IMG/VR virus record: IMGVR_UViG_3300045988_088382
Length of the DNA: 55,782 nt
Source: a virus
Direction: 5' to 3' (one strand)
The notes beneath the pieces are model-generated. The model worked only from the letters and a program-made list of their open reading frames with translations, searched no databases and had not been told where the DNA came from. Below, piece after piece: positions 34,380 through 42,709 of the stretch (positions are counted from its first letter, which is position 1; each line of letters begins with the position of its first letter). The translations under genes were made by a program, and so were the position numbers.

Positions 34380-35117
34380 TCAGTTTTCAACTTCAAGCAA
34401 AAACTGGCGCGTGATTTGCGGCTGGTATTCCTCAAGCAGCTCGGCAATCGTTTCACACAGCTCAATCACTTCGGGGTTCGCGCCGCTCCCGTCTCTGCGC
34501 ATTTTGTAAACGTGTGCGAACTCCGCAAGATTGCACTTGAAAATGAACCTTGAGGGAATGCATTCCCGATACAGTCCACGCTTTACATCCCGATTCCCGG
34601 CCATATCTTCCCGCACATAACCACCCGGCGAGCGTACATACTCAACGCCGTCGAAACTCGCTTTTTGCGGGATCTCAAGCCCGAGCATCCTGAATACCTG
34701 TTCGGTGGTCAGGATTTTCCCTTTGTAGTAGTCGCTCATTTCGCTTTCATCGAAATCTGCAAGGCGCGTACTCTCGCGGATGATGCGATTGTCAAACCGC
34801 TTTGCGTGGCTGTCCCAGTCATCCTGCCCCGCGCGATGCAGGCCGTCAACGGTTACGCTGATGTCGATAAACTTCAACAGTGTGATGTGCTTTTTGCCGA
34901 TTCGCAGCACCTTTTCCAGACCTTCATCAAACTGCGCGATGGAAGACAAGCAGTGCTCCGGGTCTTTGATGGATACGCGCTTGCCTCGGCCATTGGTGTA
35001 CCGCTGAACGAGGAATGTATTGTGCATCTGCCGTCCGGAATCCCAATGGCGCTTACTCATCAGCAGCGCTGTCATCGCGTCATCCATGCCCGTAATGCTG
35101 TTCAGGTAAACTTCCAA
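34380..35117 (-). CDS. ThyX-like (FAD-dependent thymidylate synthase fold) protein, divergent motif
   Basis: 245 aa; TTG start 8 nt after GGAGGGGG. KHITLLKFIDISVTVDGLHRAGQDDWDSH aligns to the ThyX gH..lE...f.i.G.SR....l.RHR region, but RHR is replaced by DSH. Confidence 0.4.
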   Translation of the reverse strand: MEVYLNSITGMDDAMTALLMSKRHWDSGRQMHNTFLVQRYTNGRGKRVSIKDPEHCLSSIAQFDEGLEKVLRIGKKHITLLKFIDISVTVDGLHRAGQDDWDSHAKRFDNRIIRESTRLADFDESEMSDYYKGKILTTEQVFRMLGLEIPQKASFDGVEYVRSPGGYVREDMAGNRDVKRGLYRECIPSRFIFKCNLAEFAHVYKMRRDGSGANPEVIELCETIAELLEEYQPQITRQFLLEVEN

Positions 35118-35135
35118 TCCGGTTGCCCCCTCCTT

Positions 35136-37097
35136 TTAGTCCTTCATGTAATATGGCGTAATGTAGCCCGCGCCCTTGAGCGGCAGCCCCGGTGCCCATT
35201 CAATCGGTTCCGACATGCAGGCATACATATATTGCAAGGCTTCCTCAGCCTCGTTCTCGGGAACTTCCACGACCATTTCATCGTGGATGTGCATCACGAT
35301 ATCCGGGTATTTCTCCGCCACACGCAACATTGAAACGATGAGACAGTCTCTAGCCACGGCCTGAACCACGTTCTCAAACAGCTTGCCGCCCCACGTTTCC
35401 GTGAGCTGCTCGGTGCGCTTATAAAAGGAACTGTAGCCGACCGATTCTTTACCAAAGCGGTTCGTCGTCATGCACGGCTTGTAATAACGGATACACCGCC
35501 CGGACGGTAGCCGAATATGCAGTAGCCGTCCAGTTCTGAACACCTCCAGCCCATATGGCAGAAAGCCTTGTTCCCGATTGACTACTGAATCCCGGACAAC
35601 TTCTTCGAGCTTATACCAGTAGTTCACGATATGCGGGTTAGCTTCACGCCACGATTTCACGATTTGCGGAAGTTCATCTTCCTTCAAGCCCATCTTCAAG
35701 GCGCCCATTTTCAGCATAGCCCCTTCGGTGCCGCCATAGCCGAGCGCGAGAACAGCGATTTTACCCTTCTGTCTCAGCTCGGCGTTCGGGCCATGCTTTC
35801 CGACGGGTACGCCAAACATCTGACTCGCCGTCTCACAGTAAATATCCTTGCCCTGCTTGAAGGAATCAACCACCCAGTCTTCACCGGCCAACCATGCGGA
35901 CACTCGCGCCTCGATTGCGGAAAAGTCCGCAACGGCGAATACGTGTCCGGGTTTGGCGATAAACGCCGTCCTGACGAGCTGAGACAGCGTGTCCGTTACG
36001 TCGCCATACATGGCTTCTACCACGTCTCTATCGCCCGTCAACACCGCGTTTCGCGCCGTGTCAAGGTCTTCAAAATGGTTCTTCGTAAGGTTCTGTAACT
36101 GTACGCCGCGCCCGGCAAAGCGCCCCGTGCGTCCTGCGCCGTAAAACTGGAACAGCCCCCGGCAGCGGTTATCCCTGCACATGTACCGCTCCATCGCGTC
36201 ATACTTAGCTACCGAGCTTTTGCCAAGCTCTTTACGGATTTTCAGTACTTCCAGTCTGTCACCCGTTTCGGTTGACAGCATCTCTTTGACAACTTCTTTG
36301 TCAAGAGAGCCGGTCACGCCGAACCATGACTTTAACTGCGCCATGCTGTTCGGGTTCGCAAGCCCCGTCAGCGCTTTCATTTTGGCTGTCAGCAGCTTTG
36401 AATGTTCCTCGGCAATCGAGATCGACGCCTCGGCCAGCGGTCTGTCACAGAGTACGCCGCGTCGGTTGATTCGGTAGTCCAGACACCACGCCTCATGCTC
36501 GTTGGCATCTGGCTCATAGGCTTCAAGCCTTTTGCGGATTGCACGCTCTGTCACAACGTCCTGCCGGTTGTACTCGATAAACGTAGCCCATTTATCTGGC
36601 GCATCGCTCGGCATGTTCCGCGTTCTGCCGCCATTAGACTGTGTAGGCTTACACGGCACACAGAAGTACCGAATAAGCTCTTTACCGCGCCTGTCCTTTT
36701 GTGCGTCCTGCGGTAAGTCCAGCGCTTTTCCTGCGCCGCCCAACGACATCGGCAGTCCACAAGTCGCCGCCGTAATCATCGTGTCCGACCACTGTTCCGG
36801 GATCATCTCTTGACCTAGCCAGTGTGTAAAACAGGTCATCTCAAAAGCGGCATTCCACGCCGTCTTTTTAATCGTCGCGTCGAGCAGCCATTCCGTGAAC
36901 TGCCGCTTAATCTGAGCGATATCCGTTACCGGGTCTGTCAGGTCAATGACTTCCACAGGGTCATCATCAAACGCATACCCGATCAGCAGATTCTCAAAAG
37001 AGCTGTCCTCCGCGTATCTGTCAACACCGCATTTGCCGATATCGACCTCGCTATAGGTTTCAAGGTCGATTGAGAGACAACGGGTCATTTCATTCAC
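35136..37097 (-). CDS. family A DNA polymerase with 3'-5' exonuclease domain
   Basis: 653 aa. Exo I motif SIDLETYS. Polymerase motifs including DFSAIEARV and HDE in the C-terminal half. Confidence 0.9.
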   Translation of the reverse strand: MNEMTRCLSIDLETYSEVDIGKCGVDRYAEDSSFENLLIGYAFDDDPVEVIDLTDPVTDIAQIKRQFTEWLLDATIKKTAWNAAFEMTCFTHWLGQEMIPEQWSDTMITAATCGLPMSLGGAGKALDLPQDAQKDRRGKELIRYFCVPCKPTQSNGGRTRNMPSDAPDKWATFIEYNRQDVVTERAIRKRLEAYEPDANEHEAWCLDYRINRRGVLCDRPLAEASISIAEEHSKLLTAKMKALTGLANPNSMAQLKSWFGVTGSLDKEVVKEMLSTETGDRLEVLKIRKELGKSSVAKYDAMERYMCRDNRCRGLFQFYGAGRTGRFAGRGVQLQNLTKNHFEDLDTARNAVLTGDRDVVEAMYGDVTDTLSQLVRTAFIAKPGHVFAVADFSAIEARVSAWLAGEDWVVDSFKQGKDIYCETASQMFGVPVGKHGPNAELRQKGKIAVLALGYGGTEGAMLKMGALKMGLKEDELPQIVKSWREANPHIVNYWYKLEEVVRDSVVNREQGFLPYGLEVFRTGRLLHIRLPSGRCIRYYKPCMTTNRFGKESVGYSSFYKRTEQLTETWGGKLFENVVQAVARDCLIVSMLRVAEKYPDIVMHIHDEMVVEVPENEAEEALQYMYACMSEPIEWAPGLPLKGAGYITPYYMKD

Positions 37098-37147
37098 TCA
37101 TTTCTCAGGCATAGAGCGACGGGATGTGCAGTCCCGCATCGGCTCAA

Positions 37148-37714
37148 TTACAGCTCAAACTCTTCGTCTGCCGCGTCATCGGAGAAACCGTCATCAAAGT
37201 CGCCGGCCGAGCAGCCACCGCCAATCGCCTGGCCATAGCCAAAGGTCTGAACACCGTTAAGCCCGCAGGCAATGCCCTTATTGCCGGAAACGTTATAGAC
37301 GTACAGGCCGACGTTTACGCGGCCATAGCAGCCCGGATAAACGGACAGCTCGTCGGTTACGGGGTTTCGCTGACCGTCCACAACAATCGGCTTGTTCTTG
37401 CTGGACATGTTCAGCACGATGCAGCCCTTGCACTCGTCGCCATAAGCGCCGCCCTTTGGCTTGCGCCCGTCGCCGTCATGGAATGGCTTCTGCACCTCGT
37501 CATAGTTCAGATTGTAGAACGCCTGACCCTTGCCCTTGTTCTCTTCGTAGATTTCCTTGCAGGCCGCAGACAGCTTGTCGAGGGTCGCTTTGTCGCTCTT
37601 CGGGAGAAGCGCGGTCATCGAATACTTAGGCTCCGCGCCTTCGGCGGAAGCGCGCGGCTTAAAAACATTGGGGTACGAGAACCGAACTTTGCCGGTGTTG
37701 AACTTGGTAGCCAT
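37148..37714 (-). CDS. DUF2815 ssDNA-binding-like protein
   Basis: 188 aa; GKVRFSYPNVFKP; acidic tail DDGFSDDAADEEFEL; RBS AAGGAGGA. Confidence 0.75.
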   Translation of the reverse strand: MATKFNTGKVRFSYPNVFKPRASAEGAEPKYSMTALLPKSDKATLDKLSAACKEIYEENKGKGQAFYNLNYDEVQKPFHDGDGRKPKGGAYGDECKGCIVLNMSSKNKPIVVDGQRNPVTDELSVYPGCYGRVNVGLYVYNVSGNKGIACGLNGVQTFGYGQAIGGGCSAGDFDDGFSDDAADEEFEL

Positions 37715-37728
37715 GATAGTTATCCTCC

Positions 37729-38862
37729 TTAGTCGTTAAACATTGTTTCTGCTACGCTTACGGCTTGCCGCTTATCGTCAGCCATAACCAGCGTGAGCTT
37801 TCCTTCCGGCTTGACGATCAGATCGCCCAGCCGTTCCGCGAGCTGTTTTTTGCCCACGATGTCTTCAAGATCAGTCAGGCTTTTCAGTCTGTAGATCGAA
37901 GTACCATAATCCTCTTCCAGCAGCGCTTCTGCCTTTGTTTCGTCCGCGATCTTCCGAATCGACCGCCCACGTACCAGCTTCATACCGGGGTATTCATACC
38001 CGCTGATCGCTCTGCGTGTCATAAAGTCTTTCACGTCATTGACCCAGTTTGTCAGGCGCTCCGCTTTCGGGTAGATGTCCGCAAGCTGCGCATCGGTCAG
38101 CAATTCGGGTTCCTTGAACTCGTACTGCATCAGCTCCGTTGCATACCGCATCCGTTCCGGGCACTGGAAGCGCGCCTTACAATACCGGCACTGTTTTTCG
38201 CCCGGTACGGCCTCGCCAGCGCCCTTTAGCGCCATCTCAGCGCGTGGCTTGACATATTCCTCAGCCCAGCGCAAAAGCGTGTCTATGGTCAAATCCTCGC
38301 TCGTGATACCGTCTGCTCGTGGCTGGATGATGTACAGGTGCAGATTCTTAAACGTGTACAGCGCGCTGAACGCCTCATACACACCGAGCGCGTACAGTCT
38401 GAGCTGCGGGTTGTCTAGCGCTTCAACTACGTGTCGGCCATACTTAAAGTCGATCACATAACATTCACCGTCTGCGATAATCACGGTGTCCGTTGTGCCG
38501 TGCCCGCCGGGAACCCAGCGGTCATAGCTGACGCTCATTTCAGACGCAAGCATCGCGTCCGGGCAAGCGCGCCGCGCGGTTGCCAACAGCTCTTCCACTG
38601 TGTCACAGTAGCTATCTGTGTGATCTTCCATCGCCTTGTTATAAAGCGGGTCTTTCTTCTGAGCGGCGGTAGCCATTCCTCTACGCTTTCCGGCAATGAT
38701 CCGATTCAGCTTAACCTCGACAAGCGCATGCGCCAAGGTGCCTTCTTCGGCATTGACGGAAGTTTCGTCGGGAAGGTCCGCCTCGCGCATGACCGAAGGC
38801 GTACACAATAGCCAGCGATGCGCGCTTGAGGGGCCAAGGTTTGAATGTTTCTTAGGTGGCAT
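37729..38862 (-). CDS. DUF2800 PD-(D/E)xK (Cas4-like) nuclease
   Basis: 377 aa; LGPSSAHRWLLCTPS; C-terminal Cys cluster CRYCKARFQC. Confidence 0.75.
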   Translation of the reverse strand: MPPKKHSNLGPSSAHRWLLCTPSVMREADLPDETSVNAEEGTLAHALVEVKLNRIIAGKRRGMATAAQKKDPLYNKAMEDHTDSYCDTVEELLATARRACPDAMLASEMSVSYDRWVPGGHGTTDTVIIADGECYVIDFKYGRHVVEALDNPQLRLYALGVYEAFSALYTFKNLHLYIIQPRADGITSEDLTIDTLLRWAEEYVKPRAEMALKGAGEAVPGEKQCRYCKARFQCPERMRYATELMQYEFKEPELLTDAQLADIYPKAERLTNWVNDVKDFMTRRAISGYEYPGMKLVRGRSIRKIADETKAEALLEEDYGTSIYRLKSLTDLEDIVGKKQLAERLGDLIVKPEGKLTLVMADDKRQAVSVAETMFND

Positions 38863-39313
38863 TTGCGCCCTCCAGCATCTCGTTTACCCGGCGCATGACC
38901 TCCGGGTATTGGTCTTCGGGAATATCCTGGAACTTGTTCACGCCGAAATCCCGGACGATCTCAAGCATCTTCGCCTTGCCCAGCGACGGCGTTTTAACGA
39001 TTTTCAGGAGCGCCGCGCGAACCTCGTCCGGCTTATACTCCGTTTCGGTCTTCGGTGCTGGGGCGGCGGTCGGCACGTCAGGCGCTTTAGGTGCGTCAGG
39101 CGCTTTGGGTGCGTCGGGCGCTTTGGGTGCTTTGGGTGCGTCAGGTGCTTTGGGCGCTTCAACCGGCTTCTTCGCTTCCTGCGGGCTTTCAGGTTTTTTC
39201 GGGGTTTCCGCAACGGGCATTCGGGCAAAGGCTTCATTCAGGCAAGCGCTGAGTTCAACCGCGTCCCTTAAAAACAGATCCAGCGTTTCCGCTTCGATGC
39301 TCAAACGAATCAT
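38852..39313 (-). CDS. hypothetical protein with APKAPD proline-rich linker
   Basis: 153 aa; RBS AAAGGAG. The central PKAPDAPKAPKAPDAPKAPDAPKAPD is encoded by short tandem DNA repeats at about 39060..39165. Confidence 0.65.
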   Translation of the reverse strand: MIRLSIEAETLDLFLRDAVELSACLNEAFARMPVAETPKKPESPQEAKKPVEAPKAPDAPKAPKAPDAPKAPDAPKAPDVPTAAPAPKTETEYKPDEVRAALLKIVKTPSLGKAKMLEIVRDFGVNKFQDIPEDQYPEVMRRVNEMLEGANAT

Positions 39314-39411
39314 ATTTCTTCTCCTTTTTCTTAAACCATATTTTGTACGCTTGGCTCATATACAAAATGCGTCCTTTCGCATTTGCCGTACACACCAGCT
39401 CTCCTGGCCGC

Positions 39412-39573
39412 TTATCCCTGCTGCTCATCAAGCAATCCATCCACGACAGACGGCACGCCGATCATCAGTACAACGCCTGCGGCGATCTTCGCCAGCTCAA
39501 GCATTTCGCCCGGCAGGCAGAGCGCCGCCGTGTACAGGCTTACGAGCACCCCGAGAATCGCAAGTGCTTTCAT
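39412..39573 (-). CDS. small membrane protein (53 aa)
   Basis: MKALAILGVLVSLYTAALCLPG...AAGVVLMIGVPSVV; ATGA overlap with the upstream stop. Not in the ORF track. Confidence 0.5.
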   Translation of the reverse strand: MKALAILGVLVSLYTAALCLPGEMLELAKIAAGVVLMIGVPSVVDGLLDEQQG

Positions 39574-39809
39574 ACTCGTTTCACCGATCCTTTCTCCACG
39601 CGAACCCGATGGTTTGTGACTGCCGGTTCGTCGATATACCGGGCAACGCTACGAACGTCAATGCGCTTACCGCCGCAGGCTCTTGATATCTTCCCGCGTC
39701 TGAGCAGTGCATACATCGAATTTCGGCTCATGCCGATGATTCTTGCGGCATCCGCTACGGTAACGGTTTCCCCGTACAGACACCGCAGGTCTTCCATGCG
39801 ACTTTCCAC
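39570..39809 (-). CDS. excisionase/MerR-like HTH DNA-binding protein
   Basis: GTG at 39809, 6 nt after AAGGAGGA; TVADAARIIGMSRNSMYALLRRGKI. Confidence 0.6.
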   Translation of the reverse strand: MESRMEDLRCLYGETVTVADAARIIGMSRNSMYALLRRGKISRACGGKRIDVRSVARYIDEPAVTNHRVRVEKGSVKRV

Positions 39810-39819
39810 TGTAATTCCT

Positions 39820-39927
39820 CCTTAAAGGAGCGGCTGGCGGGCTGGTAGCAGGCAGGCGACCTTATTCTTCGTGATGGCGGCTCCTCGTCCCACTTGGGCG
39901 GAATACCCACCCTATCCCGCCAGCCGC
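39820..39927 (-). other. 12-bp perfect inverted repeat enclosing 84 nt (structured leader candidate)
   Basis: gcggctggcggg at 39820..39831 pairs with cccgccagccgc at 39916..39927, in the untranslated gap upstream of 39570..39809. Confidence 0.5.
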
Positions 39928-39937
39928 CGTTCTAAGC

Positions 39938-40096
39938 TCAGAGGGAGGCGTATTTACGCCAGTTCTGCGCGAAGAAGCTGGGCAGTTTACCGAAATCTCC
40001 CGTTCGCGGGCCAATACCGACCCGCCGCTTATTTATGTAGGCGATACCCACCGCCTTCATCGCCGCACGAGCGATGCTACGCTTGAGACTACGCAT
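39938..40096 (-). CDS. small basic protein (52 aa)
   Basis: MRSLKRSIARAAMKAVGIAYINKRR...; ATG 7 nt after AAAGGAGGA. Not in the ORF track. Confidence 0.5.
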   Translation of the reverse strand: MRSLKRSIARAAMKAVGIAYINKRRVGIGPRTGDFGKLPSFFAQNWRKYASL

Positions 40097-40224
40097 GACT
40101 TAATCCTCCTTTGATCGTTTCTTCGGCTTTCATGGTTGCTTTTCCACCCTTTCTGTGGTACAATAACCACGTCATTTTTGTTTTGTCTCTCTGGCCGTTC
40201 CGCGCTGCAACGCGGGACGGCTTT

Positions 40225-40848
40225 TTATTTCACCTGTTCCCATGTGAAGCGCCCGTTCTGCCCGTTGCGCCACTGACCAAGCCCCTTGAACGAACCATAG
40301 TTCAGCGCTTCTTCGACGACGTTCCACGTCAGCGCGGCGCTTTTTGCTGTCCGCTCGTTGTCGATCAGCGTCAGCGTGAACTCGATCTCCCAGTCCGGGC
40401 GGATGATCTCGCTTGCCGATACGCTGACGCGCGGGCCCTGCATGGTCATTGCCCGCAGAGGTCTTTCAAAGATTTCGTCCGCCTCCATTACCGGCTTGCC
40501 GCCGCGCGTGAAGTGGATGTAGTCCGGCTCAACCAGAATCAAGTTGTCTACCTTCGAGGCCGGACTGCCGATCTTTACTTGGCTCTTGAGCACGCCAAGC
40601 GCCTCCTTGAGGAAGCCCTTGACGACGTAATCCGCCAGGCAGAGCACACCGTCGTCCCTCAGAAAGACCGTCAAGCCCTTGGTTTCAAGGTTTTCCTCCG
40701 GCAGCATAGCCGTCTGTTCCTCGCCCTTTGCCAGCTTTGCGGCCTTCGCCGCGATGAACTCACTGTGTACCTTCGGGTTCGCCGCCTGCGCACCAAGGAT
40801 GCGCGTCATGCCGTGCAGACGATACGTCCGCTTTTCCATTCCGATCAT
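40225..40848 (-). CDS. hypothetical protein (207 aa) with C-terminal Gly-rich loop
   Basis: ATG at 40848 after AAGGGTG. Ends ...NYGSFKGLGQWRNGQNGRFTWEQVK. First gene after the 27-nt array. Confidence 0.65.
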   Translation of the reverse strand: MIGMEKRTYRLHGMTRILGAQAANPKVHSEFIAAKAAKLAKGEEQTAMLPEENLETKGLTVFLRDDGVLCLADYVVKGFLKEALGVLKSQVKIGSPASKVDNLILVEPDYIHFTRGGKPVMEADEIFERPLRAMTMQGPRVSVSASEIIRPDWEIEFTLTLIDNERTAKSAALTWNVVEEALNYGSFKGLGQWRNGQNGRFTWEQVK

Positions 40849-40879
40849 TGATTTCACCCTTTCTACTTTTTTCGGTTGC

Positions 40880-41340
40880 TTTGCCGCTGCCCTGCGGCGC
40901 CATGCAATGCCACAACCTCGCTGAGCTAAACTCTGCAATGCCCTCGCAAAGCCGGGCTGCACCGTGCCGTCGCCGTGCATGACTAAACTGTACTTCGCCG
41001 TTGCAGTGCTTAGATGGGCTATACGATGCCCGCGTATTACTGTGCATTGCCCTTACTTTGTGTAGCAGCACTTTGCCCTTGCTGAGCTAAACTCTGCGTT
41101 GCCCTTGCAATACAAAGATGCGCTAGGCCATGCCCTTGCCGAGCTATGCAGTGCAGCGCCCTTGCATGGCTATGCTCTGCAATGCCCTTGCTGAGCTAAA
41201 CTCTGCGTTGCCGTCGCAGAACGTGTCATCGCCATGCCTTTACTACGCATTGTTAGGCAATGCAATGCCCGAGCAACGCGGTGCTTTACCTCTGCTTAGC
41301 TGTGCAGTGCTTTGCCGTAGCAGAGCTTGACTTTTGCGAG
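40880..41340. repeat. degenerate tandem array with about a 27-nt period, core TGCCCTTGC
   Basis: Three near-identical copies of gctgagctaaactctgc at 40920, 41081 and 41190 (spacings 161 and 109 nt, that is 6 x and 4 x about 27). Many weaker units lie between them. No ORF covers the array. Confidence 0.8.
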
Positions 41341-41410
41341 ACGGGGCTCCGCCCTCGCGTCGGAACGCCGTCGCGTTACTTCGCTGCGCCGTCACTCTGC
41401 CGGGCAGGGA

Positions 41411-42163
41411 TCAGGTTTCCATGCCCTCAATCAGTTCCGCAATACGCTGTTTCCCGGCTTCGTTATAACGGAAGCACGGAACCTGCTTATCGGAGTTCCG
41501 GCCTCTATCCAGCACCGTGATTCCGTATTGCTCCGTTTTCAAGCCGTGCTCTTTGGCAATCCTGCCGATCATGTTGGCTGATACGCCGAACATCTGCCCC
41601 AACTCCGTCGCCGTATACGTCTTCTCGACCGGCGGCCTGTACCCGGTCTTCACCCCGGCGTATTCCTCAATCATCGTGATGCCCAGCGTTTCCAGCGCGA
41701 CCGGCGACAGGTTGAAGTTCGATACCGCCTTACTCGCCGCCGCCAGCATCCGTGATTTCGCGTTTAACAGCATCGCCTTTGCCCGAACGTCTGCCGCTGT
41801 CTCCGCTTGCGGAACACTGTAGCTCCCGGTCTTGCGGATGCTCGGGATCACCTCATGCGTGATCCAGCGCTTGAAGGCTTTCGCTTCGGGCTTGCGGGAG
41901 CCGAGGACGAGCGTGTACAGGCCAGGTTCGTTGGTAACGGTCATATTTTGCATTCCGCCAGGGGTGTCGGTTGAAACTACACCCTTTTCATCGTCATCCA
42001 GCCTTGCTATTGCGTCTCGGGAATTGATGATACTCAACGCCCTGCACACATCCGACGCGACGAACCAAGGTTCGCCATTACATTCGACCACGCGAACGGC
42101 GCCAAACCGCTCGTTTTGAAAGGTCTTGACTAAATCGTGGGTTTCGTGATATACTTTATCCAT
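41411..42163 (-). CDS. antirepressor (BRO-N domain plus C-terminal Ant/KilAC-like domain)
   Basis: 250 aa. FGAVRVVECNGEPWFVASDVCRALS...RKPEAKAFKRWITHEVIPSIRKTG is the BRO-N signature. Confidence 0.8.
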   Translation of the reverse strand: MDKVYHETHDLVKTFQNERFGAVRVVECNGEPWFVASDVCRALSIINSRDAIARLDDDEKGVVSTDTPGGMQNMTVTNEPGLYTLVLGSRKPEAKAFKRWITHEVIPSIRKTGSYSVPQAETAADVRAKAMLLNAKSRMLAAASKAVSNFNLSPVALETLGITMIEEYAGVKTGYRPPVEKTYTATELGQMFGVSANMIGRIAKEHGLKTEQYGITVLDRGRNSDKQVPCFRYNEAGKQRIAELIEGMET

Positions 42164-42186
42164 AGAGACCCCCAGTCTTGTGTCTC

Positions 42187-42222
42187 CGCCCGGTGAAGTC
42201 TTGCGCCGGGCGGTCTTTTTTT
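42187..42222. other. GC hairpin ccgcccgg-N12-ccgggcgg with a T7 run on the plus strand
   Basis: Read directly. It sits between the HTH remnant and the antirepressor start. Confidence 0.5.
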
Positions 42223-42340
42223 ATTCCGTGGTTGCGAAAAGATAATCGAAACCGCAAGAAAACATCTCGCACAGCTTTCTACACTCGTTGATCGTAAAAT
42301 GACCGGTTTTGAGTTTGTTTTCATATCCGCGTCGAGCCAA
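42221..42340 (-). pseudogene. possible remnant of a Cro/DUF739-like HTH gene (C-terminal half only)
   Basis: The frame encodes ...YENKLKTGHFTINECRKLCEMFSCGFDYLFATTE, like the C-terminal half of small phage HTH regulators. Only a TTG start is available and there is no RBS. The track ORF 42130..42324 is in a different frame. Confidence 0.3.
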
Positions 42341-42383
42341 ACTGGCTATTCACGAACGTTGACTGGAACGGGAGGGTCTTGTT

Positions 42384-42539
42384 TTAGCTCTCCTTCTTTT
42401 TCTCGGGGCTGTCCATGCTAGTCTTCAACTGGCCAAACAACACGCCCGCCGCAAAAGCGTTCTGAATGGCTTCGGGGAAACTGACGAAAGTCTTGAGAAT
42501 ATCGACTTTCTCGTTTGCGACAACAGTATTTGCCTCCAC
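42384..42539 (-). CDS. small protein (51 aa), first gene of the leftward early operon
   Basis: GTG at 42539, 8 nt after GGAGGTG and 39 nt downstream of a consensus promoter. Not in the ORF track. Confidence 0.5.
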   Translation of the reverse strand: MEANTVVANEKVDILKTFVSFPEAIQNAFAAGVLFGQLKTSMDSPEKKKES

Positions 42540-42577
42540 AGTTGCGTCACCTCCGTTCTTTTTGCGCCTGTGAGTGC

Positions 42578-42606
42578 ATTATAGCTTCCTTTTCTGCGAT
42601 TGTCAA
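42578..42606 (-). promoter_or_regulatory. consensus promoter (leftward early)
   Basis: Minus strand TTGACA-17 nt-TATAAT. Confidence 0.8.
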
Positions 42607-42649
42607 TACATTCGGTTTAAATTTTTGCATTTACAAGTGCATATCACGA

Positions 42650-42678
42650 TTTACATTTTTACAAGTCAGTGATATAAT
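42650..42678 (+). promoter_or_regulatory. promoter of XRE regulator 1 (rightward)
   Basis: TTTACA-17 nt-TATAAT with an extended -10 TG. TTACAAGT-type repeats lie around it. Confidence 0.75.
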
Positions 42679-42709
42679 GGATTCGGAAACACAAAAGGAG
42701 GTGACCATA

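Noticed and set aside
40760-41520. Short ORFs inside the 27-nt array (40760..41071 minus; 41130..41330 and 41260..41520 plus)
   Set aside because: None spans the array, none has an RBS, and two of the three frames on the plus strand are closed by TGA/TAA in every good repeat unit.
42130-42324. 64-aa track ORF upstream of the antirepressor
   Set aside because: It runs through the GC hairpin and into the antirepressor start. A different frame in the same interval gives a recognisable HTH C-terminal half, reported as a possible pseudogene.
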